From contig NC_092395.1 in the NCBI RefSeq assembly GCF_030028105.1, positions 43,676,459 through 43,740,458 on the forward strand: a stretch of 64,000 bases of DNA, given 5' to 3'. How positions within the stretch are numbered: the stretch's first letter is position 1; the number at the start of each line of letters is the position of its first letter. Both the position numbers and the translations under genes were made by a program. Under the pieces are notes generated by a model. The model was not told the DNA's origin. It worked only from the letters and a program-made list of their open reading frames with translations, and made no database searches. The stretch is from Mobula birostris. Taxonomy: Eukaryota. Below, in pieces: positions 51,100-63,353 of the stretch.

Positions 51100-53160
51100 G
51101 TTTGTGTGTGTGTGCATGTGCATGATGAACCCTTCAGAACAGCGACGGGTGTCGGGCAGCAGCAGGTCTTGATGCATCTGAACGTCATTTATTTGTGTTT
51201 ATTGGAGTTATTTTAATCACAACTTCTATCATTAAGCTGATTGTGTTTTTCAGGATGCTTGTCATGTTACCTGTGCTTCTTGTTCTTGGATGATTAGTTT
51301 TTGATTTTGACTGCATGTGTATCTTGCGTTTTATGTTCCATTTAAGGTTATTCTGGACCAGCGCTCATTCCTGAGTCCTGGATTTTCATTCTGTGAGCTT
51401 GAGTACTGAGTAAGTGAGCTCTTCATTTGATTATTCTTGATATTATTCCCCAAATAAATCTTCATCATTAATTCCTTCTATCTGTAGAGTCCTGAGTTTA
51501 CTCTGTACCCGGGTCTGTTCGTCTGAATTTTATGACAGCAGGACACAGTGGGGATTGACGGCATGAACAGCATCTCCATGAGATACTTGCATCATTGCAG
51601 AAGGTCTCTGGTTTCACACACTTGCCTGTGTGTACTGCAATGTGTTCCCAGAACTGCCATGGAGTTTCAATTAATCTGCTGTCCTGGAGCAATACAATGG
51701 GGACACTGAATCTTGCCACAAGTTCTTAAATCAGTGCTCCGTAGTCTTTGAGTTAGAACTTGCAGGGTTCCCTTCCGACAGGTGTAAGGAGGCCGATATA
51801 ATCTCCCTCCTCTCGGGCAGAGCTCTTTCATGGGCAACGGCTTTATGGGAGAAGGATGCTGCTGTGTATTCTGATATAAAGCTATTTCTAAGAATGATGA
51901 GGAGAATATTCTGTCATCCTGCAGGGTCCCAGAGGAAGCCAGCAGACTCCAACAGCTACATCAGGGAGTGTGGTCCATGGCTGACTATTCCATTGATTTC
52001 TGTATCCTTGTGGCAGAGAGCAGGTGGGATAATGTTTATAAAGGGATTAAATAGGGGAGTAGAAGATAGCGGCGTGACAAAATATCTGTATTTGTTAAGT
52101 AGGGTACTGTGCACAATTCTGATTTGATGGAGACAGATGTGAGAATCACAGAGGAACATCTGGAGAAACTTCTGAAATGCCCTCTTCGCTGCCGCTGCTA
52201 CTGAGCAATCAAGAGTCTCCGGCGGGGAAGGCCCCGAACCCTCAGCTTTGCCTGTTGATTGGCGGCCAGGGCCAGGGTTGAAGCGCTCGGCAGAGATGGT
52301 GCTCAGTGCTCGGTGTCCGAGGGTTGGTCGGAGGCTCGAAGTTTTCGGACGGACTCAAGAGTCGGCGATGGTCAGGTGCTTCCAGGATGCTGCATCAGCA
52401 AGTTTGTGGCGCTGGAGGTTCATGGCAGGGAGAGTTTTCTTCCTTCTACCGTTGGCGTGAGATGATGGGACTATCAAGACTTTGAGACTTTTTTTTACCG
52501 TGCCCATGGTCTGTTCTTTATCAAATTACGGTATTGCTTTGGACTGTTGTAACTATATGTTATAATTATGTGGTTTTTGTCAGTTTTTTAGTCTTGATCT
52601 GTCTTGTGTTTCTGTGATATCATACTGGAGGAACATTGTATCATTTCTTAATGATTGCATTACTAAATGACAATAAACGAGGACTGTGTGTCCTCATAAT
52701 CTAATCTAAAATCTAAAAAAATGACCAGTTTAGAGATGTTTTTGTGTCCAGGGTCCAGGCAGAGTATTTGGAGGAATTTATGGACATGACCATAAGGATT
52801 GACAATCATATTTCTGAAAGAAGGCTGGAGAGTTCTGGTGAGTTCACCCAGATGGCTGGTTCACAGAAATACTCAATGCCTACTCCGGTTCCTCAATCTG
52901 AGAGCCAAAGCAGATCCCTGCAGTCATCTCTCGAAAATCACATGTAACTTGGAAGAACCCGTGTCTCCCCAGCAGAGAGAGAGAGGGACGTATGAGGCAG
53001 AGGTGTTGCTAGTAGTGTGGTAAAGCTGGCCCCTTCCAAGTCACCTGCCCCAGGTTGTTGGGAAAACTCCAATGACTGTCCAGTGAGTGAAAAAATCTTA
53101 ACGTTAGCCTCAAGACTCTCTTCCGCTTTTTCAAGTTCTGGAAGGTTTTACTATACCTAT
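51100..53160 (+). mobile_element. Sushi/PEG10-like Gypsy remnant (probable LTR plus gag), interrupted at 52127-52720
   Basis: QCSVVFEL..ISLLSGRALSWATALW..FLRMMRRIF retrotransposon gag, then EEFMDMTIRIDNH, similar to 42284-42466. Confidence 0.7.
52127..52720 (+). mobile_element. Unclassified ~590-bp non-autonomous retroposon-like insert
   Basis: Splits the Gypsy gag. Ends in aataaa..(taatc)n and an A run. No recognisable ORF. Confidence 0.4.
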
Positions 53161-53339
53161 GATGTTGGGGGAAATATCAACATTCTATGAGATCCTTGGA
53201 AGAATCTGCCTCATCAGGGGATTTTTTGGATATTAGACTGGCTGAAAGAATCCAAGTTCCTAAGGTACGCCTCTATAATCTTATCTGTGCTACAGCCATG
53301 GATAGTAGACTGCTAGAATATGCTTGTGTATTTGTCTTC

Positions 53340-54890
53340 TTCACTGCCGACTCAACTTGCAAATTAACTTTTAGGAAATCCTGCAGAAAGACTCCCAAGT
53401 CTTTTTGCACCTCAGATTTTTAAAATTTCTCTCCATTTAGAAAATAGTCTATCCTTTTATTTCTTCTACCAACATGCATGACCAGACACTTCCTGACACT
53501 ATACTCCAACTGCCACTTTACCCATTCTCCTAAACTGTCTAAGTCCATCTGTAGGCTCCCTACTTGCTCAAAACTACCTGCCCTCCACCTACCTTCATAT
53601 TGTTCACAAACCTGCCCACAAAACCAGCAATTCCAGCATCTAAGTCATTGGCATACAACGTAAAAAGAAGCGGTTCCAACACAGACCCCTGTGGAACAGT
53701 ACGAGTCACAAGCAGCCCACCAGAAAAGTCTTCTTTTATTCCCCATCTTTGCCTCCTGCCAATCAGCCAATCCTCCATCCATGCTGGTATCTTACTTGTC
53801 ATACCATGGCTCTTAAACTGTGAAGTGGCCTCATGCGCGGCATCTTGTCAAATGCCTTCTGAAAATCTAAGTGCACAACATGCAATTCTCCTTTGTCTAA
53901 CCTGCTTGTTATTTCTTCAAGGAATTCCGACAGAATTATCAGGCCAGGTTTTCCCTTAAGGAAACCATGCTGACTAAGGCCTATTTGATCGCCTAACTCC
54001 AAGTACCCCGAAACCAGCGCTTCAACAATCGACTCCAACATCTTCCCAATCACTGAGGTTAGACTAACCAGCCAATAATTTCCTTTCCTTTGCCTCTCTC
54101 CTTTCTTGAAGAATGGAATGACATTTGCAATTTTCCATTCTTCTGGTACCATACCAAAATCAATTGATTCTTGAAAGATCACTATGAATGCCTCTAAAAT
54201 CTCTTCAGTGACCTCTTTCAGAACCCTGGGGTGTATACCATCTGGTCCCGGTGACTTACCTACCTTCAGACCTTTCAGTTTCCCAAGAATCTTCTCCCTA
54301 GTAATGGCAAGTTTGCATACTTCTGCCACATGACTCAAACAAAGTTCCTTCACACTGCCAGTATCTTCCACAGTGAAGGCTTAGGCAAAATACTTATTCA
54401 GGTCATCTGCCATTTCCTTGTCCCTCATTACTACCTCTCCAGCATCATTTTTCAGCAGGTCAATATTTTCTCTTGCCTCTCTATTGCACTTTATGTATCA
54501 AAAGAAACTTTCGATATCTTCTTTAATATTATTGGCTAGCTTACTTTCGTATCCCATTTTTTCTTTCTTTGTGACTTTTTCATTGGCTTCTGTTGATTAT
54601 AAAAACCTTCCCAATACTCTAATTTCCCACTAACTTTTGCTCTACTATATGCTCTCAGTTTGGCTTTTATGTTGGCTTTGACTTTTTTCGTCAGCCACGG
54701 TTGTGTTGCCCTTCCTTTAGGATGTTTTTTCCTATTGGGATATATTTATCCCACACCTTCCAAATTGCTCCCAGAATGTCCATCCATTGCTACGTTGCCA
54801 TCATCTCTGCCAGAGTTCTTCTGCTATCGATTTTGGCCGGCTCCTCTCAATGCCTCTGTAATTCCCTTTACTCCACTGTAATACTGGTAC
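53340..54890 (-). mobile_element. Degenerate CR1 RT fragment
   Basis: ORFs 53799-54371 ([24 protein letters not shown]) and 53560-53802 (VPQGSVLEP). Confidence 0.85.
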
Positions 54891-54959
54891 ATAAATAAAT
54901 AAACAGATAGATAGATAAGTAACTAAATAAACAAATAAGTAAATAGATTGATAGGCAGA

Positions 54960-57800
54960 TAATGGGTAACAGTGTTGTGGAACCACCTCTGTATCACAAA
55001 GGTGACAATGCATTTCTCAGGAGACAGAGCTCCAGGAAACAAACCCACACAACCAGATTTCTTTACTTTTAGCAACAAGGGAAGTGATGTCAGTATTGGT
55101 CATTCCAGATGGGAGTTCACATTCGAGTCTCAGGATCCTTTCACCACACTCTTAATGCTCTCACTCTACCTCGTTTGTGCTGACCACATTACAATTCACA
55201 TAAGTATCAGTGGAAGTATGGATTCAGTAAAGTTAATAAATTGCATCTTAGACAGAAACCCTGCCAACTCAGTCTTGCTTAAGATTCTAGTGAGCCAAGA
55301 CAGGAAAGATGACACATGCGAGGAACATGCTTGATTTGAAATTGACAGACTCATGAATTGTGAACATTATTTCAATAAATACATATTTAATGAAGGAAGG
55401 TCTTAAATATCCTGTGATTGACCATGGCAAATATGGATCATTATACAGTTATCTCATTCTCAGTTGTGTTTGTTACACATCAAGCAAATTTTTATATCCT
55501 TAATGGCCAGAACGGGTCAAAATTCAATCTTCTGAAATATTTCACCCATTGTATAGTACTTCTTGGATGTTGATGAAAATCTGGATCAAAATCTCTCAAA
55601 GAAAGAATCTTACCTTTCAGGTTGGGAACAGGAAGGGTGGCTACTCTTCACATAATGACCTTGTTTTGTACCAACATTTGACCTATGGACATGGCTATGC
55701 TGTGATTTTCAGACCTGGAGATCCAGGAACCAAAACCTGGTCGCATCTCTGTCATTTCTCGGACATGCCCAGCTTTAACGAGTAAGGGCATACAGGAAGT
55801 AGCCGCAGAAGAGAATTCTATATCTGATGTCACTGAGAAGAATGACTGTATATCCACAATTTGAACCTGTGTTTGTGTGGTCCGATTTTTCCTCTTTCTC
55901 TGAGGGTATCACGAGCATCTGAGCCAGTGACAACTCCTCCCATGGGAATCTGGACAGTGAATGTGGGCAGAGAAGGGCAAGTGAATCTATATGGCCAATT
56001 GTTTCCTTCCTCAAACAGCCAGCAATCAGGGTTACTGATAGTGAGCAAGCGTGTGGACATCCTGAGTAAGGACTTTGGCTGAAACAACTGCATTCTCCTT
56101 GGATGATCAATTGATTCATTTTGGAAGAGGAATTAAAATGTGCACCTTCTTGGTCTATACATCTCCATAAATGATTATTGCATAGATACATCCTTTTATA
56201 TTAAATCTATCCAAAAATGGTGGGTACTTAGAATGCACCGCTGGAGTTGTAGTGGAGGCAAATATGAAATGAGGCATTTAAGTGGGTCTTAGGTAGGCAC
56301 AATAATGTGCAGAGAAGGAAGGCATATGAACATTGTGTAGGCAGAAAGGAATTGTTTAGTTAGGCATTAATTAATCTCGTGGCTCAGTATTGCTTGGTCA
56401 TGTGCAATCTTCCAGTCAGTGATGTGTCATGAATGCAAGTAGGTAAATTTCCACGTGAATATTGATTTAGATGAAGTCAATCGCTCAGCCCTTTGAACCT
56501 TCTCTGATATTCAATAATGTTATGGCTGATCTTATTGAAACCTTCATGTCCCAATACTCGATGTTCCAGGTAACCTTTCATCCTCTTCCTAATTTGAAAG
56601 TAACAACTGATTTTGCTTTGAAACAAACTTCTTTAACATCTGTCCTAAATGGACAGCCCCTGAATTTTAAATCTTGCTTTAGATTGCCAACAAGAGGAAA
56701 CATCCTGTCCATAGCCACCCTGGCAAGACCCGTCAGCAGCTGATGAACTAATCAATCTCCCTCTCAGTGTTCATTACCCCAGCGGATTCAAGCCTCACCT
56801 TCCCTCACAAGATGAGTAAATCCAGTAAAAGCGGTGAAAGGAGAGAAAGCACAGGGTTCCTCCTTCCAGCTTGCAAAACTATTGGAGAGGAATCTTAGCT
56901 ATTGGATTTAGTTGTATTTGGAAAAGTATGGGCTTAGAGGTATTAGTATCAATCAGGATGGTTTAATGCAAGGCAGATTATGCCTTACAGAATAGAAGAG
57001 TTGACAAAGGTGATTTATGGGGTGAGAGCAAGAAATGTTGTCTATGCAAATTTTTAATAAGCTCCTTCAGGGTAGCCTGATGTAGAAGATTAATTCACAT
57101 TAAATCCATGATGACTTGTGGACTGGATTTAAAATTAGTTTGCCTTAAAAGACAGAGTGTAATAGTGGAGGGGCAAAATCCAATGTGAGGGCTTTGGCCA
57201 TTGGTATTCCACAGGTATCAGTGCTGGGACCTCTGTTTTTAATGATGTACAGAAAATGACTTGGATGAAAATACAGAGTGGCTGATTAGTGGGCTTGCAG
57301 GTGGCAAAAGGAATTCCAAGAATGTTTGCAATATACGGGATGTAATCTCACCTGTGCTCCTTTCAAAAGACACACAGAATGCTGAATTCGGATAAGCTAC
57401 CTGGACCTGAATGACAAGCCACTTGATCCAGATGGACTGCACCACAGGGTTCTGAAAGAGGTAGTTTAAAAATTGTGGAGACATTAGTAGTTATTTTTCA
57501 AGAATCATTAGATTCTGGGATGATTTTGGAGGACTGGAAAATCCACTCTTTAAGAGGGGAGGGATGCAAAAGACAGAGAATAATAAGCCAGTTAGTTTGC
57601 CTGTGGTAGTTGACAAGATGTCAGAATCCAATCTTCAGGGTGAGGTTTTGGGGTACTTGGAGACACGTGATGAAACAGGCCAAAGTTAGCCTGGTTTCCT
57701 AAAAGAATAATCTTGCCTGAACAATCTGTTGGAATTCTTTGAGGAAATAACAGCAGGATTGACAAAGGAGAGTCAATGCATGTTTTTCACTTGGATTTTC
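54960..57800 (+). repeat. Segmental duplicate, copy C
   Basis: 55005-55620 matches 21445-22060, 55870-56125 matches 22140-22410, and 56455-57800 matches 22450-23800 and 49600-50880. Confidence 0.8.
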
Positions 57801-58925
57801 AGAGGCCTTTGATGAGAACACATGGATCGAAGATTTGCTGACTGGCAGGAGGCAGAGTGTCGGAATAAACAGGGCCATTATTAGCTGGCTGCAATGATTG
57901 GTATAGTTCTGCAGGGGTCAGTGTTGGGACCTCTTCTTTTCCATTTCTATATTAATAATTTAGATGATGAAATTGATCGCTCTATGGGCAAGTTTGTGGA
58001 CGATACAAACATCGGTGGAGGGGCAGGTTGGGTTGGGGAAGCAGGGAATATCCAGAAGGATATTGACAAGTTTGGAAAATGGGCAAAGAAGTGGGAGATG
58101 GAAGATATAGGGATGTGTATGGCCATGCACTTTGGGAGAAGGAACAAAGGTTTAGACTATTTTCTTAACAGGGGAAAAAGTTCAGAAATCAGAGGTGCAA
58201 AGGGACTTGGGAGTCCTTGTGCAGAATTTCCTGAAGATTAACTTGCAGTGGAGTCAGTAGTAAGGTAGGCAAATGCAATTTTAGCATTCGTTTTGAGAGG
58301 ATACAATATAAAAACAAGGATGTAATGTTGAGGATTTACAGGGTATTAGTCAGACCACACAAGGAGTACTGTGAGCCGTTTTGGCCCCCTTATCTGGAAA
58401 AGGACGTACTGGCATTGTAGAAAAGGTTCATGAGAGTGATCGCTGGAATGAAAAGGTTAAGATATGATGACCGTTTGATGGCTCTGGACCTGTGCTCACT
58501 AGAGTTCAGAAGAATGAGGAAGAGATCAAATTGAATCCTATTGAATATTGAAAGCCCACTTGGAGTGGATGTGGAGAGGGTGTTTGCAATACTTGGAGAA
58601 TATAGGATGAGGGAGCAAAGCCTCAGAATACAAGAATGTCCCTTTAGAACAGAGGTGAAAAGGAAGCTCTTTAGCCAGAGAGCAATGACTCTGTTGAAGT
58701 TTTTGCCACAGGCCGCTGTGGAGGCCATCTCAATGGTTATATTTAAAACAGAGGTTGATAGGTTCTTGATTTGTAAGGGTGACAAAGTGTACGGGGAGAA
58801 AGCAGGAGAATGGGGTTCAGAAGGATAATGAATCAACCATGAATCAATGGGGTTGAAAAGGATAATAAATTAAACATGACAAAGCAGACTCGATGGGTCA
58901 AATGGCCTAATTCTGCTCCTATGTT
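57800..58925 (+). mobile_element. Degenerate CR1 RT C-terminus and 3' tail
   Basis: VLQGSVLGP..KFVDDT motifs and a typical CR1 tail (gggtcaaatggcctaattctgctcct). Confidence 0.8.
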
Positions 58926-59395
58926 TTATGGTCTTTTGGAGATCTTACAGTGGAAAGAAGATTCCTGATGAAGCAGCAAAATGTATTCCATGAGGAACTG
59001 CTGTAGTGATATCATGGGACTGGGACGTTTGAAGTCCAACATCTTTCTTCAGGTGAGATATGATTCCAGTCACTGATGTGCTTTGCTCATGATACCCCAT
59101 TGATTTCAGTGTTATCATTACTTGATGGCATGATTGAGGAGGACAGAACAGGCACCAATGGGGTGGCTCTGTTGGGAGCTTGCATGGACCCAATAGGCTG
59201 AATGGCCTCATTATGTGTTTTGATAAATTCCACCATAAGACCACAACACATAGGGGCAGAAACAGGTCATTCAGCTCATCTACTCCACCATTCCATCATG
59301 GTTGATTTATTATCCCTCTCATACCCATTTTTCTGCCTTTTCCACGTCCGCATTGACTCATTTACTTATCAAGAAACTGTTCATCTCCACTTTAA

Positions 59396-61140
59396 GCAAC
59401 ACACACAAAAAATGTTGGTGAACGCAGCAGGCCAGGTAGCATCTATAGGAAGAGGTACAGTCGACGTTTCGGGCCGGGACCCTTCGTCAGGACTAACTGA
59501 AAGAAGAAATAGTAAGAGATTTGAAACTGGAAGGGGGAGGGGGAGATCAAAATGATAGGAGAAGACAGGAGGGGAGGGGTGGATCTAAGAGCTGAAGAAG
59601 GGAGAGGATCATGGGGTGGGAAGCCTGGGGAGAAAGAGACAGGAGAGGGGAGCCTGGAGGATGGAGAGCAGGCAAGGAGTTATAGTGAGAGGAACAGGGA
59701 GAGAAAAAGAGAGAGAGAATAAAAGGGGGGAAAATATATAAAAATATATATATTAAATAAATAAATAAGGGATGGGGTGTGAAGGGGAGGAGGGGCATTA
59801 ACGGAAGTTAGAGAAGTCAATATTCATGCCATCAGGTTGGAGGCTACGCAAATGGAATATAAGGTGTTGTTCCTCCAACCTGAGTGTGGCTTCATCTTGA
59901 CAGCAGAGGAGACCGTGGATAGAAATATCAGAATGGGAATGGGATGTGGAATTAAAATGTGTGGCCACTGGGAGATCTTGCTTTCTCTGGTGGACAGAGC
60001 GTAGGTGTTCAGCAAAACAGTCTCCCAGCCTGCGCCGGGTCTCGTCAATATATAGAAGGCTGCATCGGGAGCACCGGACGCAGTATATCACCCCAGCCAA
60101 CTCACAGGTGAAGTGTCGCCTCACCTGGAAGGACTGTCTGGGCCCTGAAAGGTGGTGAAGGAGGAAGTGTAAGGGCATGTGTAGCACATGTTCCGCTTAC
60201 AAGGATAAGTGCCGGGAGGGAGATCAGTAGGAAGAGATGGGGGGATGAATGGACAAGGGAGTCACGTAGGGAGCGATCCCTGTGGAAAGCAGAGAAGGGG
60301 AGGAGAGAAAGATGTGCTTAGTAGTAGGATCCTGTTGGAGGTGGCAGGATTTACGAAGAATTACATGTTGGACCCGGAGGCTGATGGGGTCTTAGGTGAG
60401 GACAAGGGGAACCCTATTCCTAGTGGGGTGGCGGGAGGATGGGGTGAGAGCAGATGTGCGTGAAATGGGTGAGATGCGTTTGAGAGCAGAGTTGATGGTG
60501 GAGGAAGGGAAGCCCCTTTCTTTAAAAAAGGAGGACATCTCCCTCGTCCTGGAATGAAAAGCCTCATCCTGAGAGCAGATGTGGTGGAGACGGAGGAATT
60601 GCGAGAAGGGGGTGGCATTTTTGCAAGAGACAGGGAGAGAAGAGGAATAGTCCAGGTAGCTGTGAGAGTCAGTAGGCTTATAGTAGACATCAGTGGATAA
60701 GCTGCCTCCAGAGATAAAGACAGACAGATCAGGAAAGCAGAAGGAGGTGTTGGAAATGGACCAGGTAAACTTGATGGCAGGGTGAAAGTTGGAGGCAAAG
60801 TTGATGAAGTCAACGAGCTCAGCATGTGTGCAGGTGGCAGCGCCAATTCAATCATCGAAGGAAAAGAGGGGGACGGATACTGGTACAGGCTTGGAACATG
60901 GATTGTTCCACAAAACCAACGAAAAAGCAGGCATAGCTGGGACCTATATGGGTACCCATGGCTGCACCTTTAGTTTGGTGGAAGTGGGAGGAGCCAAAGG
61001 AGAAATTACTAAGATTAAGGACTAATTCCGCTTTACAGAGGAGAGTGGTGGTAGAGTGGAACTGGCTAGGTCTGGAATCCAAAAAGAAGTGGAGAGCTTT
61101 GAGACCTTCCTAGAGGGGGATGGGGGTATATAGGGACTGA
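59396..61140 (-). mobile_element. Penelope-like element (RT plus GIY-YIG), inactive
   Basis: FHQTKGAAMGTHIGPSYA, with the YIDD region partly deleted near 60845-60865. ORF 59798-60187 (VIYCVRCSRCSLLYIDET). Confidence 0.9.
59459..59494 (-). ncRNA. Minimal type I hammerhead ribozyme motif with intact core
   Basis: Minus strand AGTC CTGACGA A GGGT-CCCG-GCCC GAAAC GTC GACT: stem I AGTC/GACT, core CUGACGA and GAAA, GUC cleavage triplet, loopless palindromic ACGT stem III. Confidence 0.75.
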
Positions 61141-62679
61141 ACATCCATGGTGAAAATAAAGCGGTGGGGGCGAGGGAACTGAAAATCATTGAAAAGATTA
61201 TCTCCACTTCAAGTATACTTAACGACTTGGCCAACACAGCCGTCTGTTGTAATGAATTCCATTGATTCACCACCCTATCACAGAAGAAATTCCTCCTCAT
61301 CTCTGTTCGAAGGGGATGTCCTGTATTCTCAGACTCTTCCCTTTGGTCCTTGACTAATTGGAACTCAGAGAGCAACTTGGGAACAGGTCGGTGTGAGGTT
61401 TCCTTGTTTGATTGGAATGGTGGGACTTGCCCATCGGGGGTGGTGTTTTTGTGAGTGTGTTTTCTTTCTCAGGATCTCTGTGCTGTGCGAAGTCAAAACT
61501 TGGCTTTCCCGTCCACTCCACCTTTCCATGCAAGTATGAACATCACTGACCAAACTTCCAGCTGTACCAGGATTGCTGGTTTCTCTCTTTACCTCCCCTC
61601 TGTCACCCATCCCGCAACTCTCCCAACCGGTTCCCTTCTCGCCTTTCTGTCTCCTGGGCATTTTATTCTCTCATCTTCCCTTCGCTATCAGCTGTTTCTC
61701 TGTCACTCCCTCTTTCTCTATCCATCCCATCTCTTCTTCCTTCTCTCATTATCTCTCTTTCTCAGAACAGACACGCACTCTTCCTCCCTTTTCCACCACT
61801 CTCATGCTCCTCAGAATGAACAGCAGCAAGGAAGCAGCCATTGTTTGAAATCCCGGACTGAATCACCCAGTGGTGTCTACTCCGTCCATCGAAGTAACGG
61901 CAACAGGGTGAGGGGGAGGTCAGCGGCGGAGGGCTCTGAGCGAGTTGCTGGGGAGGGAGAGGAAGGAGCAAAGTTGGAACAGGGTTCGGGAAATGAATGT
62001 AGTGGCTCTGCAAATGGAGAGAGGATAAGGGTTCAGCCTAGGAAGCATTGGCGGAGTGGGTGGGGTTGGGAGGGGAAAGAAGGGAAGGCGATGGGTACTG
62101 TTGAGAGAGTAATGGAAAGCAGATCCAGAACTAATCTGAACCAAATCCTGAGCTACATTGTCTCTGGACTCCTGCACCACAGGCCATCACTCAATAGATA
62201 ATTGAGAAACAGAATTTAAACATCAATCCTTGTGACCCGGTCTTTACTTCAACCGTCTCAGATAACCAGACTGTCCAGTTTATGTCAGTATTGGTCATTT
62301 CTGGCAAAAACTCATCAGCTCAGAAAGTAACTACAAATTATTCCTCTTTCCACCAATGCTGCCCTAGAAGCTGAATATTTCCAGCCACGTTTATGTTCAT
62401 TTCCTTTACTAACCTTCCCAGAATCAGCTGTTTTGTTCACAATTTACATCATAGAGACAGAGAACCGTCAACCTACCACTCTGTCCCCGATCCTTTCCAG
62501 TATCTCCGCAATGGAACTTTCTGTACCTCGTTGCTGATACTGTATTCGGTGTCCAAGGCTGCTGGAGAGATTTCCTAAACTTCACGAACCAGAGAGAGAT
62601 GAGTCTCCTCTCTCTTCCCTCCTCCAACTCAGTATCAGAATAGGAAAAACATGAAAGAAGACAAAATGCACACACGGTC

Positions 62680-62749
62680 TTTATTGGTAGTTAGTCATCA
62701 TTACGATTTGTTAGTCTGATACTGATAATCTATCACAATAATATTTATT
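62680..62749 (-). promoter_or_regulatory. Candidate polyadenylation signals for the Ig light-chain transcript
   Basis: AATAAA on the minus strand at 62744-62749 and 62680-62685, roughly 280-350 nt after the stop codon. Confidence 0.5.
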
Positions 62750-63030
62750 AATTGTTCTAATTAAACCAAACACAATTTCAGAGAAAATTATTCACTGCCT
62801 GAAATTTCCAGGAGCCAAGTAACTGTCAGTGTTACCACCGTGTAGCCTCTCAGTAAGAAAAAGAACAAAATCAGCCTCGGGTACAAATATTCCAACATCA
62901 AAGTGGAAACTACAGAGAGCGGAACAGAAGGGAAGTACAGGGAAGAGCGAGTAAGAGCGGTAGAGGTGAAAGATACAAGGCCATGATCTCCCGTTAATCA
63001 AGAACAAACAAGGCCGAAGCCGCGCTCTGT

Positions 63031-63353
63031 TTAACAGCTGGATTGTGTGACTGTTGCGGATATTGTTGAGGCTGCTCCTTGTTGAACTGAGCAGGAGTAC
63101 CTCTTCCCACTGCTCCAGTCTGCGCTGGGCACCATCAGGTAGCTGCTGAGACTGAAGGTTTTGTCCGCTTTCTGAGTCAACCCGCTGGTTTGCACCTCAC
63201 TGCTCGTCGGACTGTCGTTCACTGTCCAGCTGATGACAGGGAAGCCGATCAACAATTTACTGACCAGGCAAACTGAGGTGCCCGTTCCTTTAGCTGAGAT
63301 CTCCACAGCTCACAGCCCAAGTAGTTTCACTGAAGGGTCCGTGAGTTGCCGAG
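63031..63353 (-). pseudogene. Immunoglobulin light-chain constant exon (sigma-like isotype) with premature stop
   Basis: Acceptor ttcttttgttctcattcag|CT. Translation RQLTDPSVKLLGL*AVEISAKGTGTSVCLVSKLLIGFPVISW..FSLSSYLMVPSADWSSGKRYSC..VTQSSC*. C1-set Cys-Trp-Cys and the terminal interchain Cys are present. In-frame TGA at 63310-63312. The sigma call rests on KLLIGF replacing the usual FYP loop and is less certain than the light-chain call. Confidence 0.88.

Noticed and set aside
61455-62201. 248-aa plus-strand ORF
   Set aside because: It runs through a CT-rich tract and then a GA-rich tract; the low-complexity composition explains the lack of stops.
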